DNA of 63,614 nt, filler included, from Choristocarpus tenellus KU-1152 (GCA_964200185.2; 8 parts of 8 records of this genome joined end to end with filler, not necessarily neighbours in it), one strand, 5' to 3'. Shown: positions 13,362 through 26,782, counted from the whole stretch's first letter. The notes: generated from the letters alone by a model not told the origin. Made by a program: numbers and translations.

Positions 13362-14666
13362 TTAGAAGGCAGTGGCAGTAAAGCAGAAGAAAAAACTTGA
13401 CTTGACTAAATTTTGAAATCACCCTTCAGAGTGATAGAAGCACATGTACCAGAAGGGAGTAAATAGGACAACCCCAACTACTCAATGAGAGATCCCCCTC
13501 TAACATAAGATGGCACTTCTTCGCATTAAAAAAAGAACTTCCACTGCATTTTCAATCAAGTACAAACTAAATGATCGGTTTCATGATGACCGTTTTTAAA
13601 AGATACGGTCCGGCCACATGTCTACCCTGTACACACCAGTAGTGGTACCTTCAACTCAGTAGTTTATGAAAAGTGTTACCATGAGAAAGCTACTCATCAC
13701 ACAAATGCAAAGTAACCACCCTGCTTCTTATTAATGCTGTTTTAATTTTCCCCATTTTTCGGCATCCACATTCAAATCACCCACTTTCCTACTCAACCTG
13801 TTTGCTAATAGATACACACCACAAATATTAAAAATAAGCTAGAAACAAAATATAATAAATCAGTACAAAAGGATTACAACTCTTTCTACCATACTGTTCA
13901 CCAAAACCCACCACATTTACACACTTTTCCACAATTAAAAAAATATCTTCATTAAAAAAAATCAACCAATGAAACTAAGTGTTGTGAACCAATTGGAATG
14001 GCAATATCCAATTGTAAACAGTTCAGCTATTGATTACAGCCTGTTAATAGTAATTGATTATATTGGTCGTTACAAGATGGCAAGGACCACAGTCACAACA
14101 GAAGACAGTCAGTCGTCTTGCCTGGTGAGCCCCCCCCCCTCCACACAGCCAAAAATCGATGAGGCTAACATATGTATGTGTGTACACTTATGTCATTACA
14201 TACACACAACACAAACAGTAACATTTGAAGGTATTTACAGGTGACACTCCTAGATAACTCACAGAATAATGCAACAATCAGTAAACAAATATTCCGTATC
14301 AGAATTAATCGAGATTGATCTGATTAAAATCAACCTTATAATCAGCCCCAGATCAATACTATAATAATAAACTCCTCACTACCACAAAAATACAGGTACT
14401 TTCATTGAATAAAAATTGTCACATAAAAAAACTCTACTTCAAAGTGTAGATCTTCATAAATACTATATACTACACTACAGTCAGTACATTGATTGGTAGT
14501 GACAAAGAAATTACCCTTTCTCAATCTATTGCTAATTAATAGAGCCAGTTTTACCTACAAAAAAATATATATTGCCCTCCTCACCATACGGCAGCATCCT
14601 GGTCCATCACACCCTAAATCCCAACATCTCTCAGAAGAGTAAAAAACGAAAAGGTCGATCTCATGT

Positions 14667-16542
14667 TACTTTTCATTTGCACTAATCCAGTATTCATCTT
14701 CCTCATAACAACGGTTCTCCTTTGCCTCTTATCTCTTCTAACCCCTCACCTTCATCTAGACTCCCCGGTGGTTCTCATTTTTTTCTCTTTACAAGCACTG
14801 CAGTTATGCCAACCATCACCATCAAGGCCCCAGCCCCAGAGCATATTCCAATGATGGCTAGGGTCATGCTCGGTGCTGCAATCCCTCCATCACTGCCATC
14901 ACCCCCTTGAGGGTTCTCCTCTCTGCCAACATCAAGTGGGGTCATGGTTTTTGGTCAACATGCATAAAACATGGAGAACATGCATTAAACATGGAGAGAA
15001 AAGCATGGAAGCAAACCATCCAAATCACCCAGTCAAGCATAGGTGTGAGATTCTCAGTCACAACTTGAAAGTATCACACAAACTGAACTGTCTGGTCCAT
15101 TCCTACTCACACAAATTAAAGTATTAACAAATTCATTGCTTCACACTATATTATACTCTTGTTGCCAACACTTCCCAACTACAATTACACTCAAACAAAA
15201 GGCTTGGACTCTGTAGTCCCATTGGGTATCCACCCAACATGTCAAAGAGACATCTGATATGCAACATTCCTGAGATGTATACCAGCCCCGTACTCACATG
15301 CCTTCCTATACATGTGAAATTAGTCATCTACAAAGCAGTATTCCCGATACAATTATCAAGTTAATCAATCTAAACATCAATCTAAACAAAAAATGATGAG
15401 AAAATTTCAAAGAGTGGGAAAGATCAGAGACAGACCAGGGCAAGGAAGATGACAAAACATACACAGGGAAATAAACACTACTATCATGAAACACCTGTAC
15501 AGGTACAGAACCTCACAATACACTCAAATCCACTACCACACTACATCAAACAACACTCTTAAGAAAATAATGAAGTTTTTCCTAACTCACTCTTTCGATA
15601 AGTCTGCACAAGTTGGTGAAGATGTGTGTAGTAGTAGTATTCCTTGTAACGGAGGCTGTTGTTAAGAAAAAACTGTCATATCTTTGTTCAATCCATCAGA
15701 GCATACTACCCCTAACCCTAACTCTCAATATTAAAGTGAAGTAGAGTAGAGCAGACAAAAAAAGAAACAAATCAGGAGTTTGGAAGGATGTATAGCCGGA
15801 ATGACTAAAGTCTGGAGACATTGAGGATAAAATAAAGGGTCTGAATTGTTGTGAAATACTCTTCCTGAAGAAATTGGAGATTGAATATGAATATGAATAT
15901 GACAAAGTGATAAGGCACATCACTGATGGGAAAAAAAATTGCACTAAACTAACCAAATGGGGGAGGGGGGGGGGGGGAAGAGGGTGACAAATATCCAAAA
16001 TTGATCATTTAAAGCACAACAGTAGGAGGAGTGATCATACTTATAATAACACTGCATTTCTGTTTTCTAAATGAACAAATAAGAAAAATGAATCTCAAAA
16101 AACAAAAATATCCCCATGTGCTAAACGTCAGTCTATAACAAGTCTCTTACATGCCAACAGCAGGCAGTTAATGACTTTTCATAAAACTGTAAGTTAACCA
16201 CATCACCTCACAGGACGGGGGCCACAGGTCAGTCCACGGACTGGTTCAGTTACAATCTCTCTGACCAGCCACATTAAACCATGTTTCACCGGGGGTAGCC
16301 CGTAACCTAGACTAGATTGCTTAATATATTAGACAGCCCTAGACCAGCCCTGTTAAAAGATATTTTACCTATGCCAACCTGTGGCCCCATCCGGGTTTTA
16401 ATCTCTAATGACACAGTAATTGTCCTGATAAACACACCTTACCAAGGCCATCCCAAGGCATGGTATGGTGACTTTGCCCAGTCCAGTAAAAATTCCTACC
16501 TTCTAACTCTGTGATTCATAGACATGTGACCCTAGAACACAC
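14667..16542 (-). pseudogene. Multi-exon type-I membrane protein gene with multiple in-frame stops (probable pseudogene)
   Basis: Exons ~16369-16542, 16207-16306, 15591-15655, 15157-15269, 15029-15102 and from 14922. The last encodes an acidic/Gly linker, a TM helix (TLAIIGICSGAGALMVMVGITAVLV) and a KRK stop-transfer signal. Phase-compatible frames contain TGA/TAA/TAG. Confidence 0.5.
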
Positions 16543-17186
16543 CTAAAATATCAACATCAACATCCTAGGGTAGCTGGCTAGTTAGGTAGGTAGGTAGGTA
16601 GGGTATTCTTAGTTCCACTGTGATAAAATAAAAATTAATATGGTGGTGTAGCATGTAAGAAGACAGACAGTTTTAACCCCAGAGCAACAAAAAATAATTA
16701 ACAAACTGTTGCCAATCGTCCTCACTTCAGGATTACACTCAAACTAGTTTTTATTGTTTGGTGCACTTTTCACTCTAACTACAGCTGCACCGTTCTCAAA
16801 TCGTACTCAAAAACATGTACAGATTATATTTTTTATATACAACAGTACACGTAAGACACTGAATCTTTTTTTAAATTTTCATATCAATTATACAAAATAA
16901 AAAAGAAACATTACAACACTTTCAGTACAGGTGTCATCAACATCCACACCAAATCACATAACACAAAACAATATTCTGTTGGTCCTCCCTCCCCTCAATA
17001 ACAATCATACCAACTGCCACCAGATTATTATCATCATATTATAATCTGTATTATTTTCAGACTACAGTATATATTATAGCCCTGCCCCCCCCTCCTACCC
17101 CTCTCCCTCTTCTGATTTTTTTTTTTTACACCAAAATATGAAATCCCCAACTAGATAACCTCCTTTCTCTCACCACTAGAGGAGGG

Positions 17187-17286
17187 NNNNNNNNNNNNNN
17201 NNNNNNNNNNNNNNNNNNNNNNNNNNNNNNTTAATTAATTAANNNNNNNNNNNNNNNNNNNNNNNNNNNNNNNNNNNNNNNNNNNN
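17187..17286. other. Artificial contig linker (44N-TTAATTAATTAA-44N)
   Basis: Six-frame-stop spacer embedded in Ns; identical 100-bp structure seven times. Confidence 0.98.
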
Positions 17287-17352
17287 AAATCGCGACATGA
17301 AAAAATTGACCCCAAATGGACAGCCGCCACCCCCTCCCAGATACTTTGAGCC
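17287..17352 (+). mobile_element. Sola2-like MITE subfamily B, right end (contig start)
   Basis: gaccccaaatggacagccgccacccc...agatactttgagcc, homologous to the right end of the MITE at 55167-55425. Confidence 0.7.
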
Positions 17353-17799
17353 GTATGCACTTGCAATTCAAAAGTTGAGGCACCATATTGGTATATTCTA
17401 AGTGGGATACTTGATTTCATTGGAGAGAACGCTCTGGTGTCAGGTTGGTGGTATGTTGCACCGTGTAACACACTGGAGGTACAAATAACTTCACAACCCC
17501 CACCCTTGCAGTTGTACTGCCTTGAGATGACACAAGGTTGCAATCTAGCACTATCGCCACCTCAACTGTCTTAGATATTGTATTCCTACATCTGACATAC
17601 AAGAACATCAATCAAACTTTTGATACAGGAGCACATAGTGTATTTAACCCCCTACGGGGAAAACCTCGCTTTTTGCATCTGACACTCTTTTTAACAATAG
17701 GAGTGCTTTCGGGCTATACCTGTTTTAGTCACTTTCCAACACAATTGACACTCACTTTCTCGCTCACACATGTATATTTTTTGTCCTACACTACATCAC

Positions 17800-20700
17800 C
17801 CAACAGCTGGTGAAGCACGTGGCCACTACACTGGGCCTCCTAGCAGTTTGTCTCTACTTTGCCACGTCAGTGCCAGGTGTTGGCATCGTTTGGAGTATCT
17901 GTGGCTCCTCGGTCAGTAAATAGAAAAAGCTTGTAGTCCAGAGGATTTTTTGTGTGCCCATTGTCTTGAATTAGATGTATCTTTTGGATGAGCATACGGA
18001 TGCAGAAGGTTAGGGTCTAGTCAGATGTAGGGATCGTGTGATTGTGGTTAAAGATGAGTAACATCGATAATGGGATACTGAACATTGGAATCCCACACAC
18101 CCTATAACTTTGCACTGTGCTATTGTACCTCGTCAAAGCGAAGAAATACATACTGGCTACTGTCCTGCTGACTCGATCTCTACCAAGTCCTTTTATCACG
18201 CCAGTAAGCACCAGTTTTCCCCCAATTTTGCAAGCCCATCAAAAACTACAACTTTCTTCGGACTCTTAGTATGTCTGCCGGTGTACCTCTCCCTTGGTGC
18301 TGATAACAAAACAAACCGGGCGTACTCTAAGGAATATCAATAGGTGCAGCCAACACAAAGCAATTTTTCATCGATGTGTGATATGCCTGAGGGCAATGCA
18401 ACTTGGAGTAGGCTGCAGCATCAGCGCATCCCCAAACTATTGATTCTGTCTGTTCCTGATTTACCTCAGTAGAACGGTGGGTAGGGGGTGTCTATGGTTC
18501 AATAATAATATTTCCAGGATAAAATGGCTTATGTGTCACATCGAACCAATCGGATGCATTGTTTCTGCAGTCTATCCTCCTGATCCACTCGAATTCACTA
18601 TCTGCTCTATACATACCAGATCTCCTAGCTACACGTAACTATTGGCTAGGTTGCTTGGAAATGTCTGACCTGATCCTGAACTGTCCACCAGGTAGGATTT
18701 ATTATCTGCTACATGTTTCCTGCAGTATTCTACCTCAAGATCCGATCACACAAGGATGTGAACGCACGCAAGGTGAACATTGATGGGTGGACCCCACTTC
18801 CTCTCTTGTTCAGGTTGCGTATCAACTAACTTATCAGTGTGAAGCAGGCTTCATACTTGCAGGAGTCCTTTAGGGTATTTTGTTCATGTTTGATGATTGC
18901 CTTCTTTGATCGCTGTTTGATTTTGGGTCCAGTATCACATTGAAGTTAATGTTGCCATGAACTCTTCATACAGAATTTTTGTTTGTGATGTGGTTTTGAC
19001 ATGATATTTATTAATAATGTCACATTTTATACCACCCTTCCAAAATTCCCCACCAGCAGTGGTTGAGACCAAGGTATTAATGGTTAGGTGATGTGTCAAC
19101 TTATCGGCAAAGTCTTAAGAACAATACAGATTGAGTGGAGAGGCATTACAGTCGTTGCATGACCAATAGCAGCTCATTTTTGAAGGCCATGTGCTATCTG
19201 TCAGGGAGGTAAAAATCTGAGACCTGAACTCGCAGCTACAGCTTGTTGTTTAATTTGAGGAGATTTCTTCAACTGTTGGTTAATATGCATGCTTGCTTAC
19301 CAAATCGGAGTTTGAGAATGCAACTGCACTGACCTATCGTCTACTGCATTACACTGATTCACAAAATCTGTAAAACCTATCTTCATCTTGGATTTCCTCT
19401 CTAACCCCCTCTCATTAACGTTCCCTTGGTAAGTCTCCTCCTTGCTGAATAACTCTATCAACCAGCGCACTATTCTGAGCATCTTGCCCACCATATGTTC
19501 CTTGGTATAAAGCGCACTGGTAACATCATACAACCTCTACTGTCGTGCGCAAGTGTTCAAGCCCTGTCACGCGTCCTTGGTTTCACCTTGTACTCTCTTC
19601 TTCGTATAAATTTCTCGTGCTTTGTCAGGTCGGAGCATGGGTGATCATACTAATGACGTTGATCTTGGTCGTTGTCTGCACCAAACATGCTGTGGTTGAG
19701 GCCATCACTGGTGTATGATGAAGATAATGAAAATGGTGGTGGATATATCGACACATTACTTGTTCATGCACTCGCACTACCCATTCCTCCATATTATGTA
19801 ATGCAAAGAAGGATGCGATGTTGTGCCAACACCTCAGGCAGAAAATAGTGCTTGTCAGGTCTACACTGAGGTATCAACTCCACCCCTCCCCTGTCCTCTG
19901 CACGTCTCTTGTTACGATCCACCATTTGTGTTTGCGGTCCTATAAAAATCGCATCTCCATAGGTCCGACCAAATTTCTCCATCAATCCAAGCTTCCACGA
20001 GATTTGTGTCACTCTGGCATGGTTCAAAGTGCTGTCAAGCCTTGGAGCTTGCACCTGCTGTTTTTAACATTATATTGAGTCAATTGCACCTCAACTAATT
20101 TTCAAGTGGTATCGGCGGAATCGAGAAACTGTGTTGCATGTTCGCGATTTTCATGTTTTGTAATCTGTAGAGGGGGTGTATTTCATGAGTGCCTCTTCAG
20201 CTCAAGTGATTGGTGCTTGCTTCAAGCTAACTTTACAAGACAGGGTATTTTTGATGTCCACTTGGTTGCGTTGAAGTATGCACTGGCAGCGTACTTTGAA
20301 GTAGAAAACTATCAAGGACATAGATACACGATATAGTATTCACGTAGTACTCATCACATAATTGAAACACAACAAGAGAGGAAGCGAACAAATACTTTGA
20401 ATAGGCTGAAATACTTGGAGGTATTGATGATGTTTGGACCAGTAGGGTTTGAAAGGATAAAATGTGTGCCTCCATACTTCGAAGTGCCTAGTATTTTCTA
20501 TAGAGGCATTTGCAGAGCATACCATGATGTCAAGAACAATTAGTGTTGAAAGATACGATGTAGTAGATATCGAGCGCACAGTTGACTGAATGAATAGGGA
20601 GATAGGGTCTTAGTCTGAAAAATTCACATGTGAGGACTGACTGGACAAATGTTCGGCAATTGTCCACATAAATTCCTAATGCACCTATGTGCGACCAATG

Positions 20701-20950
20701 TCTGATATGAGGACTCCGCACAAGTACCATCCACTGTGGATTCTACACAAATTTGATTGTGTGTATTTCGACAAGGGTGGCTTGTACTACAACCCAATCC
20801 GGCGATCAACTTGAAATTCCCATTGTTGTTATTGGAAAAAAATACATCCCTCTGCATACACACACACACATGCCTCCATTCCACAAGAAAAACGGGTGAG
20901 AGTAAATCGACTTTTTTGCTGTGATGATGATGTGCTACATGAAGGTCCAA
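17800..20950 (-). mobile_element. Degenerate LINE (APE endonuclease + RT, RTE-like)
   Basis: Minus-strand relics in the expected order: NNNNGN..L (~20830, endonuclease region), GILEGW (~19040), ASDWFDVT (~18545), IVWGCADAA (~18430, cf. VWGMLYADDAG). Heavily mutated. Confidence 0.45.
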
Positions 20951-21099
20951 CAGTGAATGGTCTCATCTATTTTTTTGAGAGCAGAGCATATGGGAGTGAA
21001 AATGCTGTAACGTCGCTACTTGCCTTGTTTCATTCACATGCTTTTTACTTTGCTCTCGAACCCTGGATTATTAGTATTTATTATATGTTTGCATTCCAC

Positions 21100-21560
21100 C
21101 CATTCTACTCCTACCACCACTTTTGACCAACCAGTGCAATCCTTTCACCACTGATTTCTAGTTACTCCCATCTGATGGCCAACCAGTTCAACCCCTTTCG
21201 CCACCGATTTCCAGTCACCACCCCACCCTTCAACCCCGCCCAACCCCACAACCACTTACCACTCCACCACACCGTTGAACACCACTCCCCCCCACAAAAC
21301 TTTCCACCACTTTCCGCTTCTCCACACCATTCAACACCACTCAACCCCCCAACACTTTCCAGCACTTCCCACTCCCCCACACCATTCAAGACCACTCAAT
21401 AATCATCCAAGAACGCTCCTTCATCATCCACTTCAATACCGTGCTTTTGAACTAGAAGACATCTACCCCGCCCGAACTTGACGTCCCCCCTTTACTCAGT
21501 ATCCCAGTCGGTCGTGAGGAATCAAAAGGCTGGCTGGGTGGGAGAGGTTGCTCAGAGGTT
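21100..21560 (+). repeat. Dispersed repeat family B copy
   Basis: CCA-rich tract then aatcatccaagaa...ctagaagacatctaccccgcccgaacttgac...tcggtcgtgag, matching 38028-38250. Confidence 0.7.
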
Positions 21561-21974
21561 TGAGTCTTTGGCAATCGATTGTTTCAACACGGCCGGGTCG
21601 TGGGCTGCCCTGCGGGCATATGGCCGACAGTGCACATGCCAACTGCCCGACCCGCTGAAAAGTCCTGGAATATCGCTTGACAGCAATGGAGGCAATTTTT
21701 TTTGTCTGAGTGGTCTTTTATGCTCAGGGTGTGTTCCGTATGGTGGGTCTGTTGCCCATCCCCCCAATGCCAACAATTAAATTTTTAATATACTGTTGAT
21801 TAATTGATTTTATACAATAAACTGGGTATATATACATCACACACTTATTGAATAACTGGCGAATGTAGAACAAAAAAACAGAAGTAGCACCACCCCAAAT
21901 CAATACATAGGCAATGTGACATCGGTGCACCTATGACAGGTGGTAGTGCTTTGTATCAAATTTTCAAATGTATA

Positions 21975-22113
21975 GGGTGTTTGCGCAAAATGAAATTCAC
22001 TATCGAAAAAGTCTTACATATCACCCTATCATATAGTATTAGAACTACCATGTTGACATATAATGGCATATAAGACTTATTAGATAGTGTATTTCATTTT
22101 GCGCAAACACGCT
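21975..22113. mobile_element. Small MITE with ~45-bp TIRs, TA-flanked (Tc1/mariner-like)
   Basis: Left gtgtttgcgcaaaatgaaattcactatcgaaaaagtctta versus reverse complement of right gtgtttgcgcaaaatgaaatacactatctaataagtctta; TATA on both sides. Confidence 0.8.
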
Positions 22114-22119
22114 TATATA

Positions 22120-24420
22120 AAGCAAGAAGATAATGCTTGCTTGTGCGAAAAAATATACAGGAACGAGTCAATTTTCGAAGTGCATAGCTCAATCAAAACT
22201 TCATCTACTCACCCAGTTACAGAAACTATAGGGAGGACATATTTTTCTCCAACAACAAACCATCCCCACTCCATCACTCCGTATGAGAGATTTTGAGGAT
22301 CCAAATGATTGGATTGGGAGACAACCTTGAAAGATTCCAATATAATACAAAAAACATGACAAATTTCACTATAACCATTTTAAAGGCTGCGGGAGACACC
22401 TCTCTCAGAACACATGAAGCTGGTGGAGCAAGGAGAGGGGGCGATATGTACCTCTCTTCTGTCGTATCATTGATATTTTGACTTTGCAAGTTCTGGATTA
22501 GGCGGTACAACCAATACCCTCCTTATAATCCTTTGCAGCGACATTAAATGTCTGATGGAGGACAGAATGTTCAAAATAGGTATATACTCTCCTAAATATA
22601 TCACCATAACAGAGACGAATGAACTTATTTTTATACCTGCATCCATCCAGATGCTGAGTTTGAACGTGTTTCCCCTCGAGTATTATAACCATATGATTCG
22701 TAGGGATGCAATCCAATACCCCAGTATCATCACACCTCATCACACTTGTGGGAAAAGATACAGAGATGGTCTTTGAATGTTAAATTAAAAATCTATATTG
22801 GACTACTGATTGATTTCGGGTATAAACGTGATGATTCGTAGACTTTCCGTCAAGAGAATTGAATGCACACAATTCCTAGTAGACGGTGAATGTTATTTTA
22901 TTACATTGTTTTGCAAAGTATATATGATAGAAGTCATAAATCTATTCGATAATGTGGTAGCAGTAGCTTCACCCTCTGTGACAATCTTGAAATTTTTGAA
23001 AAATACCCCACAACAGATATTCAATATATATATATATAAAATGAAAGGGTGTGACATGAGGTTTTGAATGTTTGTATCCAGGAATATACAAACTTCGGTG
23101 AACGGGAACTATGTCCCGATAACATAACGGAAAAACGCGGGGGAATATCTTCGGCACAATTTTGAAGGTCACGACTTCAAAAGATACAAAAATGAAGTGG
23201 TTGGGTGAACTCCTTGTAGAAAACTGGTCCGGGTTAGGTCCCTGTTGAAGTTTTCCTGGTGTGGAGATACCGAAAAAAATTCAAGATTTCCGGACATCTA
23301 TTTAACGCCTTTTGTAGACGTGTGGCGCAGCAGCATGATCAAATCGCGAAATGGACCACGCGGTCGCCACACTGACACTGAGAGAAGATGCATTGAAAGC
23401 ATTACCACACAAACGTGGTTGGGTCTTCAACCACGTCGGAGAACTGCTCTGCAGTCTCTGCCACCTCGGGAAAAAGGAAGAGAGCGGCAAGTCCATCACC
23501 AGGTGGTACAGTGACGAAGTCTGTGAGGTAGCCTGGTCACGGCGGGCGAAGGAAACATAGTGGCCGCCCGAAGGGGAGGTTGAGGAAGAGAACAGTACGA
23601 CTGCGTGCCATTGCACTTAGGAAAGGTCTAAGCGAAAACCCGGGTGTAGAATATCTGAGTAGTCGACAGTTGCAGCAGGCCCTGGCTGTTTGGAACCTGA
23701 CCGAGTCGGAGTGGCTTCAGGAAACAAGAAAGAACGAGTTAGGGTTGGGCTACACAGGCTCTGAAACCCAAAAGAAGGTCAAAAGGGCTCGCAAGGCGGA
23801 GGAGAAAGCGATTGTAACAAAGGTAGCTGTGGAGACTTTTCGATACCACCAAATCCTTAGATGAGGTCGCGAAGCAGGTGGAGGTAGTCATCGACGTGGA
23901 CGCCAGGGAAGAAGAGGAGGTGAGACTAAAACTATTTGCACACCGATGGTTTGGGTTCTCCCACTTCTTGCAATATGCTGTACATTCACTCTTGTTCCTG
24001 GACTTAGGGTTGGACGTATAAAGTTGATCAAGGGTTTCTCCCAGCATTCATTCGAGAAATCAACACAGACAGGAAGAAAGGTGGGGAGGCTTTTTTCACG
24101 GGTGAACCCTACCTATACTTTAATCAAGTAATAATGTATCTGTTGCCCCTCTTGGTGACCCACAATCCATTCGAACCCCAATATGAGCGCTCTTTCTTCA
24201 AAAAAATATATTTTGAGAAAAAAACGAACTCCATACTCTGGGATCAGATCGATCTTGATTTTTTGAAAAGGTTGCCCAAAGAGTTAATTGAGGATAAGCA
24301 TATCGAATGCAAGCTTTTGATCTAAGCTATCGATTTCTGGAAAGAAATTCTTGAACAAAATTATTTTGGTCATGTTAAATTTGGACCGAATGCTGCAAAA
24401 TGTCAGAGGGCATAATAATA
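22120..24420. other. AT-rich intron-less eroded ORF cluster, candidate endogenous viral or large-TE relic
   Basis: Dense protein-like segments broken by stops (22293-22481, 23351-23864, 24134-24410) with no convincing splice signals; no recognisable hallmark domain. Confidence 0.3.
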
Positions 24421-26304
24421 AAATACAGGAGGCGACTACCAAAATTATTATACAATATCAATATTATTGAATGTGGAACCAATTAATATTGTTTTTCAAT
24501 AAAAATAATATGAAAAAGGGTGAGGAGGCTCTTGGATCTCCGTTTCTCGCGCGTTTGGATCCGCGAGCAGACTACCTGACAAAGTACAACTCGTCAACTT
24601 GTCACATAAATACCACCGCTTTTTATTAGTGTAGGTTGAACCTTTTGCGAGTCACTGTTGGACAACAGAACGAGTGCAACTACTCCCAATGTCAGCCCCC
24701 AGTGCCCACGGTGGTGCTAGTACTGGAGGAGAACGTGGCACCAATGCAGGAAGAGAAATGGCTGGGACCCCTAGTTCGGTCACTCACCTAAACCCTCTCA
24801 CAACTGGACCAGGTCTTGGAACGTCAGGTCTTTCTCAGACCCTGGAGACCTTGTCCAATCGTCAGGTGCCTTGTGTGATGTTTAAGGACTTGTATGCTAA
24901 TAATCTAATTCACACCTATTGTGTGCACATCTACGCCCCTCTACAATAATTGCACGTCATGACCTGGGGTGAATTGAGTGTCCCATTGCCACACACTTAC
25001 TTGCCACACTCAGATGGGTTCTCTGTGCTCGTCCATGTAGATTTTTTATGTGGTAAGTGTTGATGTCAATTGGATCTAGAATATCGCTAAGAGTCACTAC
25101 CCACACCTTTTCTATGCTACCTCACATTTGGTCGATGTTGTTCCATACTCAGGTCACGTTGACCACGTAGGTCCTTTGTTCTTGACGAGGCCACTTCCCA
25201 GGTGGCCAGGGAAGGTACCGATTGGGTAAGGTTGTGATCCAGAAAAAGACTCTTTCCGTTCCCATCTACTGGGCTAGTCAAGTTCTCTCCTTGACCATGG
25301 AACCCCACTTTTAGCTTGGTCTGGCGTTTACCCTGGGGGTCCTAAATATCATTGTATGTTGGTATGAAGCGGTAAGGAACGTGGATAACGTACAGCTTCA
25401 GCCTGGCAACAACGACCCTGGCCCTTACTTCCCCAAGGCGTTCTAACGCGGTCCTAATAGCCCAAGTAGAAAGTTCAATCTTCTGGGTGCATCCGCCCAA
25501 CAGATGCCTCCCAACTTACTTCGAACATCACATTACTTTTCAAGGCATTTTGTGACTGCACGAGTTATCATGGCAAGTATTCCAGTTCTGAAGGGGAAGC
25601 GAGAAAAATGGAAGGCTGTAGGGGTATAACATACTTCCCCTTTGCAGTAGGCTCTCATCAATGCACTTTAGACGAGACACACAACCTGTTTTCTCGCCTA
25701 AGCTCGCTTTGAAGGGAACATCTTATTCGTTCTAAGCCTGTATGCCATGCGACCAAGACGAGTATTATGAGGGCGTAAGACGACGAGAGAAGTGCGGGGT
25801 ATGCATGTTCCACACTCCTAGGGTATTGAGTCTGCAACTGTCATCCACCTCGAAGTTTATATTTGGTCATGGTTCTGCTCTCCATTTGTATTTACTATTG
25901 TAGGCATATTGGTTCACCGAATCTCAACCTAACACGCTTGGTAGATGATTTATGCATGGTGTGCAATAGAGATCCATGGCATCGGTTTCTCCTCAATGGA
26001 TATCTCTAGTTTGTGAGAGTGTTTTCTTGTTTGTTGAATGGCTCAAGTGATTGTGTAGTGTGCGAAAATGCACGTGCAAATGTGCACATGCGGTGATGGT
26101 GCGATTTCTGTTATTTCTGAATAACTCAAGCTTCAGATGGTATGCAGCATATGTGTACATGCAATTTTCAGTGCTTGGCATTTCCTTGCTAGTGTGGGTG
26201 TGAACCCCATGAATTGGACCCCTCCGTCCCCCTGCCCCCCCCCCCCCCCCCCCCCCCCTATTATTTTGTGTGTTGGTTGGTATTGGGGTTTTTTTTTTAT
26301 TTTT

Positions 26305-26404
26305 NNNNNNNNNNNNNNNNNNNNNNNNNNNNNNNNNNNNNNNNNNNNTTAATTAATTAANNNNNNNNNNNNNNNNNNNNNNNNNNNNNNNNNNNNNNNN
26401 NNNN
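26305..26404. other. Artificial contig linker
   Basis: 44N-TTAATTAATTAA-44N. Confidence 0.98.
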
Positions 26405-26782
26405 ACATCAATTACCATCAGACACACCGTAGTACAGAACAGTCGCTCTGCGTTCTACACGCAAGAATAGTATACGTTACTTGAGTTACATCACATATTG
26501 GTTCAAGTTTGTTCTGTTGTTCCCTTATTTGTTTTTCTTCGCTCTTTCTTCTTCTTATCAGCAGAAGATGACAGTTGTACGTTGATTGTTGATTACTATT
26601 TCTTTCATGGCTGCCATTTGATCACTCACAATGCACCAAGCTCACTCTGCAATACGTGTACCCAGCTGCACACCTGGATCTAATATAATCAGAGTTAAAA
26701 CCATCCGCGGAAACCCTTGCCAACCAATGGTAACAAGCCTCTCCACAGAGCATGGACTTCTTTCATTGAGTATCTCATGAAA

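Noticed and set aside
14078-14128. Possible plus-strand first exon MARTTVTTEDSQSSCL|GTGAG downstream of CCAAT-like boxes
   Set aside because: No downstream plus-strand exons or homology cue found; too weak to list.
14667-16542. Genome-wide stop-codon reassignment (TAR=Gln, TGA=sense)
   Set aside because: Intact genes in the window terminate with TAA (PEPD), TAG (transporter) and TGA (CPOX) and contain no internal stops.
17231-17242. Recurrent TTAATTAATTAA as a biological motif
   Set aside because: Always centred in 44N+44N; a standard artificial six-frame-stop linker.
25480-25620. FWVHPP as a DIRS-type adenine methyltransferase motif
   Set aside because: Single short motif with no supporting RT, RNaseH or tyrosine recombinase nearby.
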